This document shows, in pieces, positions 53,413 through 64,000 of a DNA stretch of 64,000 nt (position 1 is its first letter; the number at the start of each line of letters is the position of its first letter). Below the pieces are notes generated by a model, which saw only the letters and a program-made list of their open reading frames with translations, did no database searches and had not been told where the DNA came from. Origin of the DNA: Vicugna vicugna (lineage: Eukaryota); NCBI GenBank assembly GCA_013265495.1, contig MU057448.1, positions 88,181 to 152,180 on the forward strand, in the 5' to 3' direction. A program made the position numbers and the translations under genes.

Positions 53413-53869
53413 GTAAGTAGCTTTGGTGAGAAAGACAGCAAGGCAGCCGGGGCTCATGGGAGACGCTTAGACAGTGCAGTTCTGGAGCCCAAATCACATC
53501 CCAAGAGCAACGATTTCCACCTGCTCCAGGTCAGGGCCGCTTTCACACCATCGTGAGACCAAAGAAAGGGTAAGGCAGCTCTGACTGCAGGAAGTTGCTA
53601 GTATAGCATTAGGAGACATCAGGGTATAACACAGTGTTTGGAAGTTTTTTCAAACAAAACTTTAAATGGGACTCATATATATCAGATGTGCTCAGGCTGA
53701 AAATAGAGTGAGGGGCCCAGAGCACTGCCTTGTTTATTCCTCACCCCCTTTTTTCCTGCTTAGTGGTACCTGAGGTACCACAGGCTTCCAGGGCCTTTGA
53801 AACAGGTTGAAAAGAACCAGCATCAGTGAGAAAAAAAGGACTTGATTTGATGTCAAACCACCTTTCCAG

Positions 53870-54005
53870 ACTGTCAACTCCTGGGCTACTATTCACAGCT
53901 GTGTTAACTTTGGCCAATTATTTTAGCTCAGTTTCAGTTCCTTCATCTCTAAAATGTGAATAAAAACATCTAAGTTTTGAGATTATTGTCAAGATTAATA
54001 ATGGA
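53870..54005 (+). mobile_element. MIR SINE fragment
   Basis: agctgtgttaactttggcc...cagttccttcatctctaaaatg. Confidence 0.55.
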
Positions 54006-54179
54006 AGTAAAGTAAATATGTACAAAACCAATTACTAAGGCCAGTAGAAGTTCCTCTGAGAACTCTGAGCTAGGATTGTCTGAGCCTAGGTAATCACAGT
54101 TAATTGGCAGCAGTCCATTTGATAAGGCAGAGTTTAGATTCAGAACCTAGGAACATGTATCATGAGATTCTTTGTATTT

Positions 54180-54340
54180 GGTGGGGTAGGCAATTAGGTT
54201 TATTTATTTTTATTTTATGTACCTATTCATTCATTCATCCATTAATTCATTTATTTATTTTAATGGAGGTACTGGGGACTGAACCCAGGACCTCATGTGT
54301 AGTAAGCACACACTGAACCACTGAACTATAACCCTCTCCC
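54180..54340 (-). mobile_element. tRNA-derived camelid-type SINE (Vic-1-like)
   Basis: Reverse complement gives gggagagggtatagttcagtgg...gaggtcctgggttcagtccccagtacctcc...aaacctaattgcc. Confidence 0.82.
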
Positions 54341-57300
54341 AATCCCTTTGCATTCTTGACATTTCTTGGTTTTATGACATTTATCTCACTGTTTTGACGA
54401 AATCCTTAGGAAAATCTATTTAATCAGGAATTTAGTTGAATCTAGTACCTGAGAATGTGCTTTACTACTAAGATAACTTTGTTTTTCAATTCATCAGTGA
54501 CAACAGAACAACCACTGGAATCCATGTGAATGACAGTAACAGTCATTTTCAAAAATGCACAAGGACAGTATTAGGCCAAGGCCCCATCTACCACGGGTAT
54601 ATGCAGATGCCTGTCCACAATTTTTGAAGCTCCTAAAGATTAGAAATGGCCATAATCACATCTGACTCTACTCTATCTTCTATTCCTCATCTATTGTTTT
54701 ACATTTGTTCCTACTGTATTCTGCATTTTCATACTGATTCAATAAAAATGGGTTAGATAACCACTTTATTTGCTTATGGCTCATATTACCACCTTGGAGG
54801 AGGCTCATCTGGGCAGTCTGTGTCTCAGCTAAGGTCACTTCTGCACCTGCAGTCAGCGGGCAGCTCAGCTGGGGCTGACTCACGTGTGTGTTGCTTGGTG
54901 CTGGCAACCAAGCAGATCCCTATCTCTTCAGCAAGCTAGCCTGGCTTTCTTCATATGGCGGAGGAAGAGTTCCCACCAGCAAGATGCTTTTCAAGAGTCC
55001 ATGTAGGGGAGGGCTGCACGAAGGACCACAAAGACAGTGAGTCATCCTCCATCACTTACTGAGGGCTGTGACTGTCATCAACCACACATGATACTCAAAA
55101 CTCAAGACAGCATTCCTATCACACACCTACTTTCATTCATGAGTTGTTAACCCTCCATTCTTTACACCAGCATTTTCCACAGGGCATTAAGAAGTTTGGA
55201 AGGGAGTGTCTTTGAAATAACCATTGATTTTCCCCCCAGGTATTTCTTACCTCTGTCTTGCTCTCTGTCGTAAGCTGTCTTAAGAGACAGATCATTTCCT
55301 CAGAGAACAGAAGTTACAGAAGAATATGAGGAATAACAGCTGTTTGTTGCCTGTGAGTTTTAAAAATTCAGTTTCCTAGGAAACAAAAACAATTCATGGC
55401 ATGAAGATTTAGGTGGCAATCTCATAGGAAAATCCCAAAACAGTGAGGTATATAGGACATGTGCACCATTTCCTGAATAGAAACCAAGAGGAATCAGGAA
55501 GCCCTCACAGAACAGCTAAATCACATCTCTAAGACAGAGCCTTGTAGAGGCATATAGAACTTCTTGCACCGCAACATGGAACAGATTAGTGAAATGATTC
55601 CATCAATCTGAGACTGTTAGGGAAGGGATAAAGTCACTGGATGTGATGACACACGTCTCAGCAACAGCTGTGCAGGCCGGCTCCCCAGGGCCAGACGGCA
55701 ACTAGGACAGCTCGGCAGGTGCCCAGTGTACACAGATGACACAGAGGGCCAGGTAGGTGTCATTCCACATTCCACTACCTCCTAACTCCTTGGCTGTAGA
55801 AGACTCCAAAACACAGACACACTCATGGATAAAATGGAGAGATCTTGCATTGCTACCAATTTGGGAACAAAGAATTAAGCTGTAAGTCAAATGAATTATT
55901 TAAAATTATAGACCAGTATCCATCTTACATCTATCAGTTCGTAGACAGACTGGCACAAGTATATGGAATACGTGATCCCCACATTGTTTTCCTAGACAGT
56001 GTTCCGTGGCCAAATAGGTTTGGGAAATGCTGTCTTTTCCTTTTGGAAATCAAAATGTCCATTAACATATTAATGTCTTAGAGAAGACCCACAGGAAAGA
56101 CACCCAGTATTTCCCTAGGTATTTGACCTGGGAGAGCCTTCTGGAGAAACTCTTGCTGAATGATCCTGGGCAGACACATTAGTAAGCAATGCTCTCAATT
56201 TATCTTCTTAAGTCATAATTTTACTCTTTCACTCACTTACTCAAAAACCTTCAATAAATTTCAATGGATCTTTAGATTTTTTTTCAGAAAAAATTCTTTT
56301 TTAAGAGTCTCCACAATGCAACCTGCTCTAGTAATCAGTTTTCACTATTTTCCTGAGTAGATCCTTTCCTTCATCTAGGTCAAGCTCTTCACTTTCCTTA
56401 ACGAGGTGCACTCATGTTTCTAAGTATAAATCTTAACTCCCCATGGTCTCTACAGACCCACAAACTAGGTGGCCATTTTGGTTCTACTCTCCCAGAAATG
56501 TCACAGAGCTGCCCCTGACCGTTCCAGGTCAAACTAGCTGTTCTCTGATAATGCATGAACATGTCACCCTGTTACAAGTTGGCGTCTATGGTGCTTTGTC
56601 CTGGCAGGAATGATGCCAGTATGTTTACACATCATTCAACAAATCCAAATTCCTGTGGTAAATGACTGTATTTTGCATTACTTTTATATTACTTTCAGTG
56701 GCTGGCTAAATGTCTACCCCTAAAATGCGTAAATACGTGCACTTTTCTGAGTGTAGAAACTTTACACACATTGGAAATGACTGCAAATTTTAAAACTAAT
56801 GAGGTAGAACACAGCACAAATGGAATTTCAGTGGGTGGCAATAAGACATCAGTTTGACTAAATAAGTTTGTTAGAGAGCACGTCACAGTGTTCACTATTC
56901 ACAAGTCCTGGGACGTACTCTTTCCATTCATCATGTAAAAAATGAGGTATTGGTGTGATGTATTTGGGAAGAATTGCATGCATCTGTGACATTTCTTTTA
57001 CAAAGCAACAATTCCATAATTAAAGGGGAAAAAACCATGGCTGGACAATGTACCTGTCAGTTGTTGAGCCAAGAAAGACATGCATAAGTCCCTGAAATCT
57101 GAAAAGGAGACAGAAATCACAGTAGATAAAGAGAAGCTGAAATTCAACTAATTTGTCCCATGCAATTCCTGCAGGATTGCCATGGGAAAATAGTTAATAA
57201 ATGTTCATTTCACCTTCAGCATACTCAAGCACCATACATCCTTGAAAAAGTCAATTTATCAATTTTTTGGAAAGACCCTAGGAACTGATAAACTGTAATA

Positions 57301-57912
57301 GGACCGAATTGTCTAATCTAGAATGAATATAAGGCAATTAGACTTTCTGATATTGGTGTTTATCATTGCTGCTAAGATTTGTGTAATCATCTGCACTTAA
57401 TGGTGTAATTAAACATTTTCAAAATTTTATTCCAGGAAGAAAGCTATTCATAGGCCATCTTTATTTGAGAAAACTAATTTTCTCCATGGTTATTAATTAC
57501 TGTGATATACTGAATGGAATATATATATATATATATACACACACATTTATCTTTTTATTCTATAAAAGTAACATGTAAGAATTTGGGGGATAGAGTATAT
57601 AGTTGCACAAAAAGCCGTCTTTTTCCAGAAAACATTAGGCGATGTCTTTCCTGTTCTCTGTTTTCCACTTTTATGTTTTTCATGCCCACAGCATAACCGG
57701 TGCTAGGAAGAAACTGATTTCTTTCCGGCCTTGGACCTAAATGTCAGTATTCACTTGGTTGGCTTAGCCTGTCCAAAGAATAAAACCATTCCTTTGCCAC
57801 GTGAAAGAAACACCACAAAACAAAATTCTCAAAGGAGAATTATAATTCTCTAAAATGGAAAAAGCAACTCTGTGAGAATGGGAGTTTTTCCAAAAGGAAT
57901 AAAGGAGTAAGG

Positions 57913-58930
57913 CTAGCTAGGGGAGCGGCTGGGAGAGCGGCGGGAGGCACTGGCAGCAGCCCCATCCGGCCTGGCCGCGTGGGGCGCGGGGCGCGGGGCG
58001 GGCGACTCTGAGGGTACGGGTGGGGTCGCGCTCGGCGGCGGCCCGAGCGCCACAGAGGCTTCCACGCCCGTCGCCGGAGCGCCCGAGCGGCGGGGACACA
58101 GTGTTCTGGCCAGCGGGAGGGGTGCGGAGCGACGAGGGCTCCGGGATGCTCCCCGCGCCCACAGCCGTGCCCCGGAGCCCGGACGGCCGACGTCCGCCCC
58201 GCCCCGCCAAGGCCTGCGGCCTCCCTCCCCCGCGGGAACCCGCGCCCGCCGGCCCGCCCGCTCCCCGCTCGCGATCGCTCGCTCCCTCCCGGCCTCCCTC
58301 CAGGCCCGGCGCTTCCAGCCCCCGCGCCGCGGCCGCCGCTCGGCCGCGCCCTCCCGCCGCCATCCCGCCGCCCGCACTCACCTCAGCGGCCCATCCGGGC
58401 GCGCCCGGCCATTGACCTGGTTTCCCCGCAAACCTCTCTGGTGGGTTATTCCTGATGGTGGGGTGGGGTTGTTACCCGGGAGTCGCCGGGGTTCGGGAGC
58501 GGGGCTGGCTTTCAACGGACCTGCAGTCCTCAGCCGCCCTTGCTGGCACTTTCCCCAGGCCAGCAGCACCGCGCAGACGTGGGTCCGGGCCGCCCTCTGC
58601 GGCTGCGGCGCTGACGGCCTCGCTGCCGGGCCGGGCCGGCGGGTAAACGGTTCCCGAGCTGAGGCGCGAGCGGACGGCCGCGCGCAACCGCCTTCCTGCG
58701 GGGACTGCGCGCACGCGCACCAGCGGGGCGGGAAAACGGCCGCTGCCCGTCGGCCGGGTCCCTGCGCGGGGCGCGGGCCCCGCTCAGCCCGTCACGCTCG
58801 CCGGGGACCTCTCGGTGAGGGCGCCGGGCCGGGTCGCGGGCCGCCGGAGGCGGGGCGGCGGAAGGACGGCCACGGCGGCGCCTGCGCGCCCTGCCAGGCA
58901 GGTGCCGCCCACCGTTTTTGGATATTTTTC
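57913..58930. promoter_or_regulatory. CpG island, probable bidirectional promoter
   Basis: Very GC- and CpG-rich with GC boxes; NRF1-like TGCGCGCACGCGCA near 58706-58719; ETS-like GGAA cores; minus-strand donor GAG|GTGAGT (58381-58376) and plus-strand donor TCG|GTGAGG (58815-58820). Confidence 0.85.
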
Positions 58931-60291
58931 TAGATTGTTTCCATTAATATACTTTTAATATTCTTTTATGTTGTTATCACTGTAACAGAATGTTTGATTT
59001 TGTTGCTTCTGAGTTTAATTAAAATAATCCTGAAGTTTTAATTGGTAATTGGCTTTGATTCAGAAGGTGAGAGCATTTCTTCTTTGATGGTGTTTACAGT
59101 CTAGTACATGCAAAAGAAAATTTTTGCATATGATATTAAACTCAGAAATAATAAGAAAGATCAATGATTAGGTCTCTAAAATAGCTGAAAATACATGGGA
59201 AGTAGATCAGAATAAACTAATCTCTGCCCAACTGAGTCTGAGTTTGCAGAGAAAAACCATGGTAGACCGGGAAACTCAGGCTTTTAGTAAATTTCATAAG
59301 TTAGCTGAAGGAATCACTTATTCAAACTATGGTAAAATAGGAAAAAATGTATGAAAATCTAAGAATTAAATGATTTAGTGATGCTTAAAGTGGATAAACG
59401 AGGCATTAAGTCAAAGACTGTATTTGAGTAGATGTGTGATTTGGGCAAATTTTTATGCCTGTTGAGGTAAGTTTTATCATCTGTTAAACGAGGATAATAA
59501 TTTCTGGTTCACAATCCTTAGTGAAGTTTAAAATAAAAAAATATGTGAAGTCTTTCAAGTAGGATGATCATATAAATTGCCTTCTAAACTAGAACCTTTC
59601 TAAAATAATTGAAAGTGAATGGTAGTGGTATCTATTACGCTAGAAAATTGAATGTAAACCAAAAGTGTCATAATTATTTAAAACCACCTGTCAAAATTTC
59701 AACATCTTCCATTTCTGGGTCTAATTCTACATACTGGTTTTTTATCTTAAGATGGATTGTTTCCTTTGTTACTTTTCTGTATGTCTCATATATTTTGATT
59801 TGATGTTGGCTATTGTGTATGAATTAAAATTTATGCTTAGAAATAGACATGGCTCTTGTACTGAAAGGTCTTCAATGTGAAGTTCTGAGTCAGTCTAGTC
59901 AGTAGTTGGCCTGGGTGTAGGTTTTGTTTTTGCTGTAACTGCCTACAGTGCACCACAAACTACAAATCCATTCAGCATCTAACTGCTACTGCCTTGTGCT
60001 TAATTTGAGGCCTAGAGTGATAGATGTTTTTCCTCATTGCTCCTAACCCACCTTCAACTTTCAGCTGCCCCTACATGCTTTTCCCACTGAGATTTCTCTC
60101 CAGTTCTTTCCCCTCATCACACAATACAGTGCTGTTGCTTGTTGCTCAGTTCAAGGGTTGTGGTGGGGACAGGGGTTCTCCTTTCTTCTACTCTAGCCTT
60201 AATCTAGGGAGTCAGTGTGCTTGCGGGCCTCTGCCATGAGCTTTCTCAGCTTTCTTCTTTTTTCCTTTTGTGTCATTAAACTCGAGGTTTA

Positions 60292-60900
60292 ATCTACCCT
60301 AGGATAGAGCAATCCCACTCCTGGGCATATATCTGGAGGAAACTCTAATTAGAAAAGATACATGCACCCTAATATTCATAGTAGCACCTATTTACAATAG
60401 CCAAGACATGGAAGCAACCTAACTGTTCTTTGACAGATGACTGGATAAAGAAATTGTGGTATATAATATATAAAATGGAATGCTACTCATTCATAAAAAA
60501 GAATAAAATAATGCCATTTGCAGCAACATGGATGGACCTGGAAATCATCATACTAAGTGAAGTAAGCCAGAAAGAGGAAAAAAAAGAACACAAGTGAACT
60601 TATTTACAAAACAGAGACAGACTCACAGATATAGAAAACAAATATGGTTATCAGGTGGGAAAGGGGGTTGGGAGGGATAAATTGGGAGTTTGGGATTTGT
60701 AGATACTAACTACTATATATAAAGGACATAAACAACAAGGTCCTACTGTACAGCACAGGGAACTATATTCAATACCATATAATGGCCTATAATGAAAAAA
60801 TATGAGAAAAAAATATTACATATATATATATATGAATCACTATGCTGTACATCAGAAATTAACACAACATTGTAAATCAACTATACTTCAATAAAAAAAA
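60292..60900 (+). mobile_element. L1 3' fragment
   Basis: gcaatcccactcctgggcatatatc...ggatggacctggaaatcatcatactaagtgaagtaagccag...aataaaaaaaa. Confidence 0.9.
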
Positions 60901-61799
60901 TTTTAATTAAAGAAATAAAGCTTTCTTTGTATCAATGAGATGTTTTAGTCAGGAGTAAGTTTCTCGGCAGCCTCTGAGATAGCAGATCTCTGCTTGGTAT
61001 CAATGCAAGGTCACAGAATCAAGCTGGTTTCCTTCTCTTCATTCCCACCCCCCTGTGGAAGACAGCTTTTGCTTTTATCCCTTTTTTAGAGTCACTGAAT
61101 ATTTGCTTTGTGCCAGGAGTCAGGAAAGCTTTTTCCCCTTTCATTAGTGACTTACAGCTTAGTTTCAAATAAAAGAAAGATCTGGGAACCAAGCAAAGTT
61201 TCTTTCCTATGCTTCACTGAGTAGGATTCTCTTAGGTCTTCAACTGTAGCTTCAATTTTTCTTGTTAAGTGCTTGATGGAAGGTGCATGGGAAAAAACTG
61301 TTGTGTGAGCTAGGACTTCCGATGAGTCATAGAGCTGCAGGGCTACTAAACTCTGCTGGCTCACATGTGATCTGTACGTATTCATTCAAGTTTCAGCCAC
61401 CTTCTCCCCACTGGCATTATGATGGTTCGTCTTCCTCCTGTACTGTGACCAACGTGAAAAGTTCACATGCCCCATTTCTCTTCTGGGGTCCTGACCCCAT
61501 TAAGAATTCAGTATAGCTGGCTGCTTACTGATCTCAGTTTTCCAGGAGGTCAAAGAAAATTTACGACTGGAATTTATTCAGCTTCTTCCAAGCAGCAGTA
61601 GAATCTACCAATTTGCTTATGAGCCATCCAGTTTTGCGTTATTTTGGGGATTACTCTAAGAATTAAGTGCAGTTATAGATCTCACAGTCTAATTAAGTTA
61701 ATATATTTAGAACCACAGCATCTTTCTGCTGTTTCTGTCTTAGAGTTCAAGTACATATATTTAAAAAAACCAAAAGACTATGCTATATTTTTATTTTAA

Positions 61800-62950
61800 C
61801 ATTCATGTGTATTTTAAATAAACAGCAATGTAGTCTTTTATATTTTCTCAGATTTTTACCTTTCCAATGGTCTCTATTAACTTATTAAGATTGAATTTAT
61901 TTATGAAGATTTAAGTTTTTATCTGTTAGCATTTTAGCATTTTTATAGATTATGTTTAGTGGTGAAGACTTCGTAATTTTTAAACTTGAAAATGTGTTTA
62001 TTCTCTTCAAATCAAGAAGAATCTTTTTTTCTGACAAAGAATTCTGTGTAGTTGTTTTTTTCCTTCTATACTATAAAGTTGTCATTCCACTACCTTTTCA
62101 TTTTCATAGTTTCTGATAAGCCATCCATGATAATTTGGATTGATGTTCCTTTATGTAATATATTATTTTTTCTCTGCATTTTTCCAAGGTTTTCTCTTTA
62201 TCTTTATGAGTGACATGCTTTTAGCCTTATGTGTAGCTTGCTGAATCTGTAAACCGATGTCTTTTCACAATTTGGGGAAAAATTCACCCATTATTTCTTC
62301 AAATGTCTTTTTCTGCTCCATTCTCTCTGTTATTTCTGTCTGAGTCTACAATAATCCAAGGTTAAGTTTTCATCTTATCCACAGGCTCTGTTCTTTTGTT
62401 TCTTCTTCATGTTGAATTTCTATGAATCTATTTTAAGTTAGTTTTTTCTTTCCTCTATCTCCTTTCTGCTTATAAGCCCATCAAGTAATTTTTAAAAATT
62501 TCAGACAATATATTTTTTAATTCTAGAATTTCCATTTGCTACTTTTTGTGTATTCTATTTCTCTGGTAAAATTTCTTATCTTTTCAATCATTATGGAATA
62601 GGTTTCTTATCTCTAATATAATTAGAATCACTGCTGTTTAGGTCTGTGATTGATAAATTCAATATCCACAAACATCAGCTTAGGCTTGACATTTGCTGAT
62701 TGTCTTTTCCTTGAGAATGAATTACATATTCTTTCTTCTTGTGTCAACTAACTGGATTGCAATCCTGGATGTTATGAATGCTATGCCTTAGAGATTCTGG
62801 ACTGTCTTATGTTGCTACAAAAATGTTGATGACTTTTAGGAGGCAATTAAGCTAGATTCAAACTGAAAACTTCTTGACTTTGGTGCATGGCGGTTCTAAT
62901 TTTCAGTCCAGTCTTCTTGTGATCTGCCTCATGCACCATGACTCAGATAT
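61800..62950 (-). mobile_element. Old L1 fragment
   Basis: T-rich diverged L1-like sequence (tttggggaaaaattcacccattatttcttcaaat; ttctagaatttccatttg); boundaries approximate. Confidence 0.6.
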
Positions 62951-62999
62951 CATCTAGGTTCACATTTACTCCAGTTGTAGCCCGCTGTGCTTTCATTCA

Positions 63000-63480
63000 C
63001 TCATTCATTCACTTGATGAGTTCATCAAAGAGGCATTTATGTTGCAAATAGTAACAAATCTCTCACTGTGTGCCAGAATCCATGATACATGCAAAGAAAA
63101 GTTAAACAGAATCCCATCCCTAGAGAAGAAACAGACAGGGAATTGATCATCAAAACAGTAAAACAGCAAGCATTTTAAGAGTTGTCATAGGACTATACCT
63201 AGGCAAAATTAACCTCAGGGATGGAAGCTGATTAGGAAGTAAGAGATGATGCTTGAGCAGTTTGACAGACAAGTAAGAAATTAGTCTAGTGAAGAAAGTC
63301 AAAGGATCTCCCTTGGGGAAGCAGCTTGCTTTATAAGAGCACGGACACGCAAGAGAACATGGTGCACCTTGGGAATATGGGAAGAGGGTTCTGCCGGGAG
63401 CTAAGATATCTCTTGATAAATCAGGGTCAAACGTGAATGCTAGTCAATGCTAGTCGAAGAATTTTGACTTTATTTCAAGC
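63000..63480 (-). mobile_element. L2-like fragment
   Basis: (ttca)n start, tgtgccag...atccctagagaag, gaatttgactttattt pattern typical of reversed L2 3' ends. Confidence 0.5.
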
Positions 63481-63744
63481 ACTAGGAATTTAAAATAATC
63501 TAGACTGTCATTTAAAACCAACTGATGATCAAAATTATACTGGGGAAAAGCCAATGTTTACTTGCAGGTTCTGATGTAGACAGCTGGGATGGTATGAGAG
63601 GAAAGATGCTGGATTCAAGCTTGTTTATATTAATTTGAGGTAAAAAGTAACCTTGTGTCCTTAGGATTTCCACATAGAGCATAAAGTTTTTTGAATATTA
63701 TTTTTAATGTATTATTTTAATTAATTAATTAATTAAATTTTATT

Positions 63745-63859
63745 CGGGTGGGGTGGTACTAGGTTTACTTATTTATTTTTAAAGGAGGTACTGGGGATTG
63801 AACCCAGGACCTTGTGTGTGCTAAGCATGTGCTCTACCCCTTGAGCTCTACCCTCCCCT
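63745..63859 (-). mobile_element. tRNA-derived camelid-type SINE (Vic-1-like)
   Basis: Reverse complement gives ggggagggtagagctcaaggggtagagcacatgcttagc...ggtcctgggttcaatccccagtacctcc. Confidence 0.85.
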
Positions 63860-64000
63860 ACTTATTTCTTCATTTTTAAAGTATTGGGCTCACTGTTGTC
63901 CTTCTCTCATACTTTGCCTGTGACTAATTGTTTTTTTAAGTTTTGCTATATCATTCTTACATAGTGCAAAAAATTTTTAATGGGTTTGAATCAAAATATG

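Noticed and set aside
57913..58933. ORFs of 131-173 aa
   Set aside because: CpG-island artefacts with low-complexity composition
61152..61640. Moderately coding-looking stretch on both strands
   Set aside because: No recognisable protein, splice pair or poly(A)/TSD
1..64000. CRISPR arrays, tRNA/rRNA genes, prokaryotic systems
   Set aside because: Sequence is mammalian; tRNA-like boxes belong to SINEs; no regularly spaced repeat-spacer array seen

Overview
Mammalian genomic DNA, most likely camelid (inferred from Vic-1-type tRNA-derived SINEs and matching L1 3' ends). Three main elements are recognisable. (1) A plus-strand, intron-containing ARHGAP20-like paralogue (PH-RA-RhoGAP; 11 phase-compatible exons, 36411-53412). 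It has a His at the arginine-finger position, a premature TGA, a locally compensated frameshift and a ~600-bp tandem duplication of one RA-domain exon. (2) A full-length processed pseudogene of IGLON5 on the minus strand (~17528-20107). (3) A CpG island at 57.9-58.9 kb with divergent first-exon donors. The AT-rich left half (1.3-29.7 kb) holds a colinear series of decayed, exon-like minus-strand segments that may be the remnant of an unannotated gene. From memory they resemble CCDC162/DUF4549, but this is unverified. Other structure: a GC-rich module at 4.2-5.5 kb with nested direct and inverted repeats, a 120-bp inverted duplication, a twin-primed L1, and an L1 5' end cut off just before the ARHGAP20-like block. 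Most entries in the supplied ORF track are spurious.
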